The notes under the pieces are model-generated. The model had not been told where the DNA came from and did no database searches. It was given only the letters and a program-made list of their open reading frames with translations. A stretch of DNA of 64,000 nucleotides from Tubulanus polymorphus (Eukaryota > Animalia > Nemertea), in the NCBI RefSeq assembly GCF_964204645.1, contig NC_134026.1, forward strand, positions 17,084,150 to 17,148,149. Reading direction: 5' to 3'. The number at the start of each line of letters is the position of its first letter. Position 1 is the stretch's first letter. Both the position numbers and the translations under genes were made by a program. Below, piece after piece: positions 14,181-27,811 of the stretch.

Positions 14181-14280
14181 CGTGCAACACTGAGTCTGTG
14201 TCTGAAATAGATTTTGAATTGGTAGAGTTAATTCATTGCTCTAGTAGGCAAATTTCGTTTTCTTTCATGTAGTCGGTTCA

Positions 14281-16281
14281 TTTAATATTTTTATTTCGTT
14301 CATATCTCTGTATTGGATAAAGATAGAAACAAAGTGAAAATATTGATTGACTCAGCTGATAATTAGTTTATTACTCGATCATAAAGTTAATGCAACAATG
14401 AGCGCTGGTGAGGTTATAAGCATTGATATCGTTTTCCCGATAATTCAACTTGAATTATTGCTCATCGCATTCAAAAGTTCGTAATTCTTACAAATTTTAA
14501 TCTACATTTTTGAAATGTTCAGGATCAATAGCCATCTATATGTGGTATTATATACTTTTTACCGTTTTCAATTATCTTTATTAGTTTTTAAGTAATTGCG
14601 AGTCAAACTTCCAAAACACGTTTTCCCGGGTCCCCTGGGTGCATCTTTATATCAGGAAATTTCACAATTTCACCGGTTCCTACTTTGTTTATTAAGTGAC
14701 CATGGAAATAAGGGCACCTAGGTTTTTGAAAAATGGTTATTAAAGATATATATTCTCTAGGATTTGTCAAAATAAACAAAATAACCCAGGTGTTGCTTTA
14801 ACCAGCTACCTAGGTTCACAACAGATCATTTTGTCCAACGTGTTTCATTCGATTCCAAAACTGCACGTACGGGTATACGATTGCAAATGTGAAAGTCAGA
14901 CATTATGTGGCACATGTATGAGGACCACAGTCTCAATGCTTCGTCGCATTGCCGTCGCAAATTTGCATGGCTACTTACGTGAAGTGGGCTAATACAGACC
15001 TTGTATGATCAAAACTGACTTAGAATTCGTGCCAAATCTCAAAACAACTATCAAACACACGAGATCAATTTTGACAGAAAGTAAACGAATGTTATGTTCC
15101 TCAATATATACTAATATATTCCAAAGTTCCAATCTTTCCAACACAATCGACTAAGCCTAATATATTCAAATTCAATTTGAAACACCTTCCAGCTCGTGTC
15201 ACGATCAGTAATAAAGATCGAACATCGAACGTTCTCAAAAAAGCAAACCCGATCCAACGGTTTGCAAGCGTCAAGTTTGACACAGCCGTGGCTGCCTCCA
15301 TTTGCGTGGAGCTGCTGCTGAAAATTCAAAAATGTAATTCGGGTACCGGTATTTAACTGAAGACCGAGCGCTCGCCATTACACCATGGTATTTCTGATGG
15401 TTAACTTTTGAGCAACTGGCTCCAGAATCACCTGCCAACGGCCATATTTCATTGATGCAATATACTGTGAAACGATATAATATAGACGGGAGATCAATGA
15501 AAATTAAATGCCTGACACTAAGACTTATTTCGACTTTTTTGACTATCTTAGAAGATTGGGAGAGGGGTCCAAAAATAAGGACATTTCCCGTAGATTAAGG
15601 CTGTGAGTAGGGTGTCCCTCGGGGTTGAAACAAATACATCCAAAACAATTTAATTTGCAAGAGGATGAATGTTAGATTTGTAAGTTTTATGCGATCACTG
15701 TCTTGACAAAGATGGTAATCTTAATGGGAAGGAGCAGGGGTCCGGACTACCGACCCTCCAAACCCGTAGTCTGTCCCTGTGTTACTAGAAATATATCTCT
15801 ATTTACCATTTTTTTCAAATAACTAGGTGCCCTTGTTTCCATAGTTACTGAAAATTTTGATTTTAACAATGTAGGACCGGTTAAATTGGCAAATTTCTTG
15901 ATATAAATATGCACACATGATACTCTAGAAAACGTGTTTTGGAAGTTTGACTCGCAATTACTTAAAAACTAATAAAGATAATTGAAAACGGTAAAAGGTA
16001 TATAAGACCACATATGGATGGCTATTGATCCTGAAAATTTCAAAAATGTAGATTAATATTTGTAAGAATTACGAACTTTTGAATGAGATGAGCAATAATT
16101 GAAGTTGAATTATCGGGAAGACGATATCAATGTTTATAACTTCACCAGCGCACATTGTTGCATTAACTTTATAAATGAGTGATATCATAAAAAAGTTTAT
16201 TATCAGCCGAGTTCATCGATATTTCTACTTTGTTTCTATCTTAATCAAATCCAGAAATATGAACGAAATAAAAAGATTAAA
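14281..16281. mobile_element. Non-autonomous DNA transposon with ~480-bp imperfect terminal inverted repeats
   Basis: 14281-14760 is the reverse complement of ~15785-16281; no coding interior; ends approximate. Confidence 0.85.
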
Positions 16282-16545
16282 CCGGAGAAAAATAGGGACA
16301 AAAAATTCAACAATGCGGACCCGGTGGGTACCCAAAAAAATGGCGCCTGGAAACTGTAAAAAGGCTTACTCTGTAATTAATACATAGCATGTACGAGTAC
16401 AAATTAGCGATTCATATGGTCAAGTTATGATATATAGGATAATCGAGTATACATTGGTGAATAACAAATAGATCGGGATTACAAATAGGTAGAATATTAC
16501 GGTTACTTAGTGTCCAATGTATACTCAGCGATGTATCACTTAGTG

Positions 16546-17120
16546 TCAGTTCTTTTTTAAGCGTCTTCTTTTCTTAATTTTTGACAATCTAAGTGTTTCT
16601 ATCAGCCGTTTGTCTAGTATATTGCTTGCCGGCTCCCAGGACGGTGGATAGTCACCGACCCACTTCACCAAATATTGACGTTTATTTTTTCGCTTCCGCG
16701 ATTTTAACAAACACTCCACGGAATAAGTTTCGTCACTTTCTCTGTGATCAGTTTGGGCGTTGTCGGGGAAGGTTTGGTCTGCCTCACCGATCTGATTCGT
16801 CAGCTCACCGTCGTCATCTGACCGATCTAGGGGTCTGTCTTTTGGGTGGATATAGGTCTTGAGTCTGTTTGCGTGGACCGGAGCTCGCAATACTCTTCCT
16901 GCCTGAGTTTTGAGTATGTAATTGACAGGTGATACTTTCTTGGTGACAATATATGGACCATGATACGGGTACAGGAGCTTCTTAGTGAGGCCCTTGATGT
17001 TTCTAGAATTATGGAGCCAGACTAAGTCACCCTCCGCGTACGGTGGCTCAGTGGCCTTAAATCGATTGTCGTGGTGTTCCTTTGTCTTTTGTTGGGTTTT
17101 CTCTAGATTTAGTTTGGCCC
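16546..17120 (-). pseudogene. Gypsy integrase C-terminus (GPY motif) with chromodomain
   Basis: KKLLYPYHGPYIV...VHANRLK; chromodomain YSVECLL...QYLVKWVGDYPPSWEPASNI. Confidence 0.9.
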
Positions 17121-17230
17121 ATTTTCGTCTGCCGTAAGCAATCACGCGTTCGTGACCGTCAATACGCTGACACAGAACAGATCAGTGTGTAGCTCGAAGG
17201 GTTGATTAAAGTCCGGAACCCTCCACCAAA

Positions 17231-17765
17231 TGACATATGGGACTAGCTCAGATATGTGATACGTGTTGTCCGTGAAATGATTGTCCGTAAAATGGAGAAA
17301 TGACCACTCGCGAATTCAGATATATGTATTGAACGTTTATTACCGACTGCTCAGGATGAGTGTAGAGGTACGAATGGTGATGATCGAGGGAGGGATCCTA
17401 CTATATTCTAAAATGATGGGAGTAGAGAATCTCACCGTCGGGATCGGATTTCCTTACCCGATATGGTAAACTGACCAACGGTTCAACTCTCTACATGAAA
17501 TGTATGAGGAGATGAAATGAAGATGAATCATGGGATGAAATGTTGTAACAAATGATATATATATATAGTACATGGGCTATATATCAATACCATTCTATTA
17601 ACCAGATACCTACCTCAAGATCATCAGTAACGAGACATAGGACCCTTCATCAACGACGATGGGAATGGACTATCAGAAGATCAAGAAGAAAGACTGAAAC
17701 TACAAAGCAAAACCCATGACTTTCTTTTAATGTTTGCTAATCGCATACAAGCCCACTATGTAACA
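17231..17765 (-). repeat. Candidate 5' LTR of the env-bearing gypsy element
   Basis: Minus strand TGTTACATAGTGGG...CCCATATGTCA, internal AATAAA, then TT and PBS-like TGGTGGAGG; no second copy in window. Confidence 0.5.
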
Positions 17766-18095
17766 CTAGATAATTTCAACATTATCGGGGATGTCCAAGG
17801 GCATGGATACAAAAGCCAATAATATTGAGTGGTCTTTTATAATTTGGAACACCCTCGAAATAGGTCCCTACGTAGATCTGTCTGGGGAGTGCACGGTTGT
17901 TTTATTGAAAACGTATGTTATTAGACTGAAAGGACAGGGGTCACCAGATATAGGTAAATAGTTTACATCACTCAGACAAGATCGTTCGGGAAACACTCTG
18001 TATCTAGGTATGACTGCGTAGTGTGCTTCACCATAGAGACGCTCTTGACCCGAATTCGGCTTCTGCCTGGGGAATCTAAGTGGAGGTTACGCATA

Positions 18096-18440
18096 GCCGC
18101 AATCACACGGGCGCTTTAGGCTCGACCAAAACTTGGCCCAAAACAACGGGGGCCAAGTGGACTTGAGCCTGTTTAGCGAAATTTCCAAATTTCGCCCGAA
18201 CAAAAGCGTTGGACCAGGTTCGAGCCAATCTTGAGACAAATGCTTGTGTGTGAATTGCAACCGGTACCGAAAATTATTAGGATCCGAAAGAAACTGATTT
18301 CACTTTATTTGCGCATTGTTAAGTATCGAGTGAGTGGTTTTCGTGTGAACGCGCTCTCTAATTAGACTCGGGCCAAATTGGACTCAGGCCTGATCCGTGC
18401 GAATGTGGCAAGGGCAAAATCGTCTCCGTGTGATTGCGGC
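18096..18440. mobile_element. MITE (PIF/Harbinger-like)
   Basis: 15-bp perfect TIR GCCGCAATCACACGG. Confidence 0.7.
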
Positions 18441-19466
18441 CTATGTATTACGAATTTGATACTGGATATAACGAAATATCGGTTATAACCATCCTCCCGG
18501 CAGGGTTTGAACCTGATGGCATCGAGCATACCACGGGTCGTGCTGTGGCTGGGTGTAGTGAATCCATCGGGTTCGAATCCCTGCCGAGGGAGAATGGTAT
18601 AACAAACATCTGTTCCCTGTGAAATTCACGCCGTTCCACTGTAGTTTCATCCTCAGTCTGGAATTTGAATCAACTGAAATTTCAGAAAAAGATGAAGAAA
18701 AAGAGAACTGTATCCATCCGGGGTCCGTCCATTCGTTCCTTCATGCGTACACAAGCTGCGTATTCACACAGGATTCGGCGCTCAAGTACCGTACTCGCGA
18801 ATTGCCGCATATGCCAGTACGGCACCAATAGAACGAGTTCACACGTGATTCGGCACTTAACGTAAACCCGCTTTAGTCACACCGAAATTGAGTGTTATTT
18901 CAACATGGCGTTTTCATGCTATTATCGTTTTCTTGTATGCATTTCAAATCCATTCTTAATCTACTCTCCTGCCTTCCGAATGGCAGTTTGAATTGCCAAT
19001 TTGGCGTTACAACTGTAAATGTAGATACGTACGTATGTGAGTAATTGTGGTATATTGTTGACAGGAGCGTCAAATGAAGTGAATACAACTGCCTATAAAG
19101 CTTCGTTAATTTTGGTGTCTTCTTCGGTTAAAAACTGGAATATATAACTAGTAACAGCTGGCATGTGCGTGAATAAACGATGCCCATCCCCAAGTTCAGT
19201 GTAGCATACTATGATACGCGGCTTATTATGCGCCGATTCTGCCATCACACTACATACACGGCTCAGTGCTCGGCGCAGCTCAGCGCTGTACTGAGATTGA
19301 ATATATACATGGCGGTTAAATATTCTATATATTAAATATATGTCGTTTTAAATGACTTTTGCAGTAGTAGAAGCGATCCGGCATACACCTCACTTAAATC
19401 AAATAAATCCAAATTTGTAAAACACTGCCAAAAACTTTACCCACGTAATATGCTTTCTTGTACATT

Positions 19467-20353
19467 TACTTTCTTGAAGTGCAATAGACTTGTTTTTAAT
19501 GATAGTAAGACAGAGGTTATACATTTTACGTCAAAATTTCGTAAGGGAGACAAGCTATCAAGTATTAGAATAGGAGATGACAGTATAGCTACTTGTCAGT
19601 CAGTCAGTCAGAGATCTTGGCTTTTATTTCGATCATAATTTTACCATGTCTTGTCATATATCTTACGTCTGTAGATCGATTTCTTACTCCCTGCATCGCA
19701 TTGGTAAAATACGCAAGTTTTTAGATCGCACTAGCACCGAAAGATTGATTCACGCTTTTATAACTTCCAAATTAGATTACTGTAATAGTCTTCTCTACGG
19801 TCTTCCGAATTGTTATATTTCTCGCCTACAAATGCTTCAAAATTCTGCCGCACGCCTAGTCACTCTAAATAAGAAGCACGAGCATATAACTCCTATACTG
19901 TATGAACTACATTGGCTCCCTGTTCAATCGCGCATTAAAATTTTGCATGACCAAGCACCAGCCTATCTTTCGTCTGTTTTAACCACTCTTACACCTTCCA
20001 GACACACGCGCTCGACCGTGGCAACTAAATTATTTGAACCGAGATACCACCAAGAATTTTATGGCTCTCGAGCTTTTGCGGTGGTAGCCCCCCGCCTTTG
20101 GAATGCTTTGCCACAGTCGATGCGCGATTTATCTTCCCTTAATAGTTTTACCTCGCAATTGAAAACGCACCTATTTAATCAGCACTACAAATGATTTTAC
20201 TTGAAGCAACCGTTTGAAATTAAATATCTTTTTTATTGGGTAATATTTTATATATCTGTCAATTGTCTTATGTTTTGTCAATTTGTAAAGTCTGTTGAGA
20301 TATTTTATGTAACGGACTGTAAATAAATATTATTATTATTATTATTATTATTA
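19467..20353 (+). mobile_element. 3' fragment of L2-clade LINE
   Basis: HAFITSKLDYCNSLLYGLP, LQNSAARLV, HITPILYELHWLPV, AFAVVAPRLWNALP; AATAAA plus (TTA)n tail. Confidence 0.9.
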
Positions 20354-21867
20354 CATTAAGTGTTCTAAGCCACGCATAAAGATGCTATATATCTGGATAG
20401 CAAGAAGAACACTGGATCGCAGTATTGTGCTATTCTACAAAATCTAACGAAGGCATACAATAGAACACGCCTTTGCTATTTCATGCTTTCCTTGCTCCGA
20501 ATGGATCCGAATTTACAGATCAATTTACCTCATTTAATCGTCTCCAATCAGGTCGAACAAATTATAATCTCTAAAGTGAAGTTAAAGACTTTTTCCAACT
20601 ACCATTATTTATTCTCTTACATAGTAATAATAACACAGATTTGCATCAATCACAGTCTCTTTTTTATCAGCGGCCCATGCTTAGTTGGAAACAAACTGCT
20701 ACGGTACACTCTAAATACAGCTGTTCCATTAACTGGATTTTATTCCCGATTAGCCTAGGAAAACTACGGTTATCGGTGTAACGTATGTAGCCGACCATTT
20801 GCGAATGTCAGTTAATCGAAGATAGTCTGGAAATAGCGAGTCACGAAACCCAACATGGTCACTCGAGTCCAGATCTATTCCCAAGATGGCTGACAGTTTG
20901 TTCGGTCATTGGCACCGACCAATAGTCGATTGGCTACGAAAACCGATATTCGCGCTAAGTAGTGGCGATAACTATGAATTGGAAGTGGAACTGGTAGTCA
21001 TTAATGAGTAGATAAAGCTTGGTCTGTTTTGGGCCCTTCCAACAAGGCAAATTGCCGTTGTTTAAACTTCGCTGAATCACTGAAAATTTCAATTTTATCT
21101 AACACACCACATCCAGTCAATTTCTTAACACTGAACTTTGTACTAGCATATTTAGATCATTTGGGCTAGAATGTGTCATTTCGTGTATTAACTGTTTATT
21201 ATTGTGTATTTAACTAGTTGTTTATTCACCGTTGGCGCTCCAGGAATCTGCACAGTCGGCTTAATCATTAGATAAGAGACATATATACGCAGATGGTAGC
21301 AATCTATTTGTAATATGCTTCTCACATTCGGTGATTCGACGAAGTTCAAACACCGCAAAATCTTACAATAACCTATGCGTAAGTATATATGCATAGATGT
21401 CGGCACATCTCAAGAACATTCTGCTTAAGGTATAACGCATTTATTAAATTATCGATCAACGAAATGAATCCAATTTTCAATGTAAACTATTCTAAAAAAT
21501 GATTACATTTTCACACATACATGTATCAATATTATTCTACACTGAAAATTTTACGACATTTACTGAACGAATTTAATACGATATCGATTAACTCTGTTCA
21601 ATATACAAATGATATGTAAACAAAACATTTCAAATAAAAGCCGATAAATCATCACATGTGTGCACATTCGCTGATTAAATGTGTATATATATGCTATCAA
21701 AATTGTATAGTTTTTGCATATGTACATAAAACCACAAAGATTTTATACACACAAAGATTACAGTATGGTAGTTTTTGAAAAATTTAGATTTATCACAATA
21801 GAATATTCACCAAGAATGTACAACTCATCTTTAAATCTTTAACCCATGCAAAAGATAAAGTGATATG

Positions 21868-22274
21868 GTTTTTTATGGGGAGCATACTGTATTCAGCAAA
21901 ACCCTTCAACAGATTTTCTTCAAATTCAACAGTTGTGTTGTACTATATGAGGTTAGTAACTGCTTAGATTTTGGGTCCTGTACATCCAAGGTCAAGGTCG
22001 CAGAAAGCCATTTAGTGAATTTAATTTCCGGGCTCTAACTCATAAACGGTTTAAGATAACTTTCTGAAATTCTATGGATGGGTTATCCTAGATACCGTGA
22101 GTGACTGATTAGATTTCGAGTCCTGTAGGTCAATGGTCAAGGTCACCTGTAGCCGTTTTGTATTTTTCATTTCCTGTCTTCAGAAATAGGTCGACATACA
22201 CTCGGGGTGTATTTTACACTCAGGCGTTTCACCTGATGTGGGGGCATCAGTCCTCCTCAGCGACATTCTAGTTC
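21868..22274 (+). mobile_element. Helitron/Helentron-like non-autonomous element
   Basis: GGTCAAGGTC repeats, subterminal hairpin CTGATG...CATCAG, CTAGTT end. Confidence 0.5.
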
Positions 22275-23689
22275 TTTCTCATTTTGATCTACCTCTCGCG
22301 GCGATAAATGATGGTTCTTTATACTCTATGGAAATTCACCCAGCGATAAAGTGCATATTGCGATTATTTCTGTCGCGTTCTCATTGACGACGTAATGAAA
22401 CCGACGGTACACAGAAAATCAGTTTGAAGATGACAGTTAAATAGCCAATGCAAAATGAGAACAGGGGTGGAACCGTGATTTCAGAGGGCAGGCTTCTGGA
22501 GGAAAATGGCAAATTTCCAGGGGCGGACCAGAAATTAAAAATTAGAAACCGTCACGGCCTAGTTGTTTTTATATACAACATCGAGCACCTAAAAGCGTTT
22601 TTGAAAAATTTGAAAAAAAGAAAAATTTTCTGAACATATGGAGTGGTTATAAAACACAATGACCAGCAATAATATTATCTAAGTGTTAAAGCAATAGGCG
22701 ATCGGGCTTTCCGGGCCCCGACATTCGCAGTTTATTGTGTGATTGATAATCAAAAGAAAATCTGTTCTGTAGATGCTCGTCACACTATCAAGAAACATTA
22801 TCACATTTAGCCCGCGCGGATACAGAGCCAACTGTAGAGGATAACATAACTTCTAACGAGTAGTACGACCCACAAAAAAACCAGTGCAGTTTCACAAGAA
22901 ATTTTCGATATTAACTGCTTTTTGTTGCAATTTCCAAGCAGTAAATGTAATCTTATACATTATGAGGACTGGGTGTGCCTGTTTGTTAAGTAGCGTATGT
23001 CTCGTCTTGCCATATGCTATTTTCAATTTTTTTTAGATTGATGACAATGGCTAAATCTGCCGATTTTTAATCTTCATTGGGATTGATTCATTGGCGAGTG
23101 AATGTGCTTTTAGTTGAAAATAATCTGCCTCGTCGCGTAAAGATGTGCCTTTTGATCTTAACGATGGATGCGATGGTTTTACGGGTGGTCAAAGCATTTA
23201 AAGTTAGAAGTTATATTCTACACAAGCAAAATGCAGTTCTCTACTTGACAGGCAACAATACAGGCCTTCACGAGCGTTAACAATTGATTGTAACGGCTAT
23301 ACAAATTACTTAAGACCTCCTGGGGAAAAACCGAGGGTCGATCAAAATCAAGATGGTTAACATCTCTGCGGTGAGGTAAAATCCAAGAGAATTCGGCGGA
23401 AATACGTTAAATAGTATCATTATCCTCACTATCAATAATCGTTATCAATCATCATGTTTACCATCATTATCATTATTTTTATCAGTATGCTTGTAATCAT
23501 TGGTAATCACAATTATGCAAAGCGCTAGATAAACTGATCAACCTCTAAAAGGTTGCATCATGCACAAAAAAACTTATCCTAATGAGGAATGTACTGCTGA
23601 CCAATTCCTAGCTGTGTTCCAAGTTTGACTTGAATGAGCCTTGGCCGGGAATTCACCGCCACATGTTACTGGGTTTGTGATAGATGGGT

Positions 23690-24135
23690 TAGAACTATCG
23701 CCGCAAATATTTCTATTCTAAAAAAATCCATGTACAGTCGCAGCCGCTAGGCTGTTTTCCCCTGGTGGCCATTATTTGAATAGCATCGATCCAATAGCAA
23801 ATAGGGTTTTGCCGCGCTCGTGTAACAAATTTATGATTGAAGGCCATGATTTGAAGCGAAGTGACCTAATTTTGAATAGGGTTCTGCCCCAAGCGATGCC
23901 CTTCTTGTGTACCAAGTTTGAAAAGGGTCGGCAAACGCGGAATTCAGTCGGCTAATGTCACTTGCGGCGGCGGCGGTGTATTCAGACGGAGGAAATCTGT
24001 ATGCCCTTCTGAACTACGTTGAATTTCCTGATCCCAGTATTTGAATACTTAAGGAATCATAGCAAATAATTCTATGGCGGTGGCAGACATGACGGAATCT
24101 AAATACCACCGCCGGCGGTCGAGGGAGCATAAAGA
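23690..24135. mobile_element. Helentron-associated element fragment
   Basis: GTGACCT...GTGTACCAAGTTTG motif, (CGG)n, terminal hairpin-like region and GCATAAA end. Confidence 0.4.
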
Positions 24136-26271
24136 CCTGTTGTACTGATCACTTATACAGATAAAGAAATACAATAGCGTCTAAACTGTATTTCATATTT
24201 CTAAAAAAAAACATAAGATCGTTCATAACGCTACGTTTTCCCACGGGCAAATTATTCTTTTTCAAGTAGTGCATTTTTAGGACACTTCAATCATAGGGGC
24301 TCGTATCAGAGTTGTAGGTAATGTAAAAACGATAATCTGTTAATCCAATGTATATAGTATATATAAAATAACAAGGGGGCTAACGACGCTCACTAACTAC
24401 TCAACTTCAGTCGGTAACTATTTCGTTATTTTTCATCCGATTTTGATAATCCAAGCATGATATGAAAGCTAATAGCTCCCTTCTTCTAACGAAACTAATC
24501 CCGTTAACTTCCGATGACAAGTTCGTGAATTATATGTCTTTGAACGCGAAATTAGGGCCGAAATCGCCTGGACCGAAAATGCTTAAATTTCTTGGATGTT
24601 ACTATGAATTAGGCGTTATGCATTTTCCGATTCGGTGTTTTTCATTAGGCGTTTTTCAAATACCGATTTCGGAGTCACGAATCATTAAGTAGACCAGATG
24701 ACCTGACAACCCTTGACAATAATAATGATGATGATTAAATAAGGTAGATAATAATTAAGACATTTCTATAGTTGTTTCCTGAGAAGTGACAGAAAAGAAT
24801 ATAACTATTCCAAATAGAAAGCATTTTTGAACATCCCTACAGAGCAAATTATGCCATCTTTTAAATTGATTATTACGTATTTACCAATTTAGTAAGCTTT
24901 ACATTAATTATCAATGATTTCTTTTATATCCATGAATAAGAAATGCAATTTTCGTCGATTCTAGATTGTAGATACGTAGATAGCACAAATCACACTTTGA
25001 CGTTAATCGATAACCAGCCTTTAAACAGTATTTGAAACAAAACTTAATGATTAGGAATCATTTAAGCACTGGAAGAAAGAATCGACCCACACATTCGTAT
25101 TTTCCAGCTGTAGCACTATTTAGGGTGTGGCAATTTGCTCAATAGCCTACGCTAGTCATCGGTCGATACACTAGCACTACCTCCCTGTATGCCGCGTGAA
25201 AATAGGCCGATGGTTATAACGCGCTTGCCACGTCTCACATTAAGATTACAAGATTATATTGGGAAAACATATTATATTCTTGACTAAATGGGAAGCACTG
25301 TAAATAACAGAAATGACCTCGACTACATACCACTATGGGCTCATCTTAGGGAAGGTTTAAAATCATTTATCACACGTATATTGATTTTCACGAATAATGA
25401 CATGTTTTTTTTTGTCGCGATTTGTCAACTTCACCCGTGGCGGTTTCAGTCCAGGAATTTTTCTGCATGTATTTCTACGCAAGCGATCGGTGGCATTATT
25501 ACACGTACAGGAATCACAACCCGCTAGTCTTAATGGACAAAGTATTAATCACAGTAAAACATTTAGCGTTACGTATTGATTAAAAGTAGACATTATTGAT
25601 GCGAAATTGATACTTATTGATTTTCTGGTGGCATAAGCTGGGAACACCCATTATGTTTTTAACGACTTTAAATGTGCAATCGATTCAATTCGAGTCATGA
25701 TACACGTAGCTTCAATTGACGAAGATAATATTTCCGTCATTAAATCAACGTCAAAAGAATAAAACATGGTATCCCATTGATTATCCATTATCCCGTTGAA
25801 ATATCGAAATAAATACTTTTAACTAGCAATTATACAAATATTACCCTAACACGTATAATCGGTTATCATTCTATTTGATTCATTGAAACAAACCATGCAT
25901 TTATCGATCTAAGCTCTTACCCCATCCCTACAGAAATAGATTCTTTAGACTTTTATTCTCATTTCCTTTAATCCTCCAGTGTTCACCTGTGCCAGGGACG
26001 ATCCCCACAGAAAATTCAACCAATAATGGAAGAATTGAAAATTCAAGAGATAAGTTCTTTTATCGCCATAACTTCAAAAAGTGGAGACTTCGTTCATAAC
26101 TATTTCAACAATTTTTAGAGGGGTGCTTGCCAGGCGGTAGATTAATGCGATCAAAGATCCGAATTTTCTTTTTGTTATCATCAACAATAAAATCGTATTC
26201 TATACTCGTACCAATATTCGTACCAATGTTATTTTACGTACATCATGCTGTTTGCTAGTTTCTCTATCATT

Positions 26272-27582
26272 TTAGTTACCAATGATCTCTTCGGCTATTG
26301 ACTCGTGTCTAATGATTGCTTTATCAATGTCAGACGTGCTGCTAAATCGTCTGTCAATTATTTCACATATATGTGTCTCTGTACTTAACCGCCTTTCGTG
26401 ATTAAAATTCACGTCGATGCTCGACCTTCTTTTAGATCCATTTGCTTTGGTGGCTATTCCAGTTCTTCTATTTTCCAGGCCGGTGTCACTCATTCTTCGC
26501 ATCGGCATTGATACACTCGAGCGGTAAATGGTTTCCTCACTGAATCTGCGACCAGAAATCGAATAACTACCGATACTCACTATTGACGATCGACGGAGTG
26601 CTGACGGATCAACACTCGATATTCGACAACACAAAATTGCTTTGATATCTTGCCTGAATTTTCCACCACCAGCCAGACAATACAGGTAGAAATTTACCGC
26701 ATTATTTGTATGAATTAGTTTTAGAAATACACCCGATAGGAAAATATTCCACGTCTGCATCTCGTTCCCGTAAGGTGCTGATCCAATCTCAGCGACGATG
26801 AAATGAATTCGATGGGGACTTACAAGTATTAGAAACGTGAATGAAACGAATAACAGCGTACGTGTTATCGTCGAATACTCAGTTCGTTTATCTACCACCT
26901 TTCTCCCCAACTTGATCTGAAGCTTGTTTGACTGCTTAATGGCGACGATGATACTTGCGTTTGCATACAGGATTACGATAAATGGAAGCAAAGCTTCGAC
27001 GAGAAATTCAAAATAGGTTACTAAGTATAACTTTCCAGCTCCACCGGCAAGAATCCGCGAACATACCTTTTTTTTCAATTTGTTGACGTGATAGATTTCG
27101 GTCGTCCAGTAGACGTGTATGCTCAGTAAAACCGATAGGCCTAAAATTATACACACTATTTGCCGAGCCCGCTCTACTGTACACCAGACTGTAGCCTGAA
27201 GAGGAAGCCTAATAGCTTGAAGTCGATCCATGGTCATTGCCGCTACCACCCAGGCCGAGGCGCAAAACAGGAAATTGACAACACATGTCATCAACTTACA
27301 CGAAACATTATTTTTGACGTATTCGGTAAAATTGTTATCTATCCAATAAAATACGAATGTACCCATAGCCACTGTATCCAATACCGCTAAGACCGCCATG
27401 TACACACAAAACGACCGCTTTCGATTGTAGGGTAACAGCATAACCATGAACAGGGTAACATTTCCAAACAACCCAAGTATCAAAAACACAGGGGGATAGA
27501 TAAGGTCGAGGTAATCGTCTGCTGTCTTAAGGTTTTCGAAAAGCATCGAGGTTTTGTCGGAAAATTCGTTCGTTTCATTCAT
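26272..27582 (-). CDS. Intronless class A (rhodopsin-like) GPCR, FMRFamide/peptide-receptor-like
   Basis: 436 aa, seven hydrophobic segments, GN in TM1, LAVLD in TM2, DRL after TM3, LLP in TM5, NFYLY in TM7, N-terminal NET glycosylation site. Confidence 0.95.
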   Translation of the reverse strand: MNETNEFSDKTSMLFENLKTADDYLDLIYPPVFLILGLFGNVTLFMVMLLPYNRKRSFCVYMAVLAVLDTVAMGTFVFYWIDNNFTEYVKNNVSCKLMTCVVNFLFCASAWVVAAMTMDRLQAIRLPLQATVWCTVERARQIVCIILGLSVLLSIHVYWTTEIYHVNKLKKKVCSRILAGGAGKLYLVTYFEFLVEALLPFIVILYANASIIVAIKQSNKLQIKLGRKVVDKRTEYSTITRTLLFVSFTFLILVSPHRIHFIVAEIGSAPYGNEMQTWNIFLSGVFLKLIHTNNAVNFYLYCLAGGGKFRQDIKAILCCRISSVDPSALRRSSIVSIGSYSISGRRFSEETIYRSSVSMPMRRMSDTGLENRRTGIATKANGSKRRSSIDVNFNHERRLSTETHICEIIDRRFSSTSDIDKAIIRHESIAEEIIGN

Positions 27583-27645
27583 TTTTGGAAGACTCTAAAC
27601 GAGATGCTGCAACTGCTGGGTTAGCCCATCGACATCTGCAAAAAA

Positions 27646-27771
<126 letters not shown>

Positions 27772-27811
27772 GAGAGAGAGGGAATTATTCCCGATATAGA
27801 AATATCGGCCT

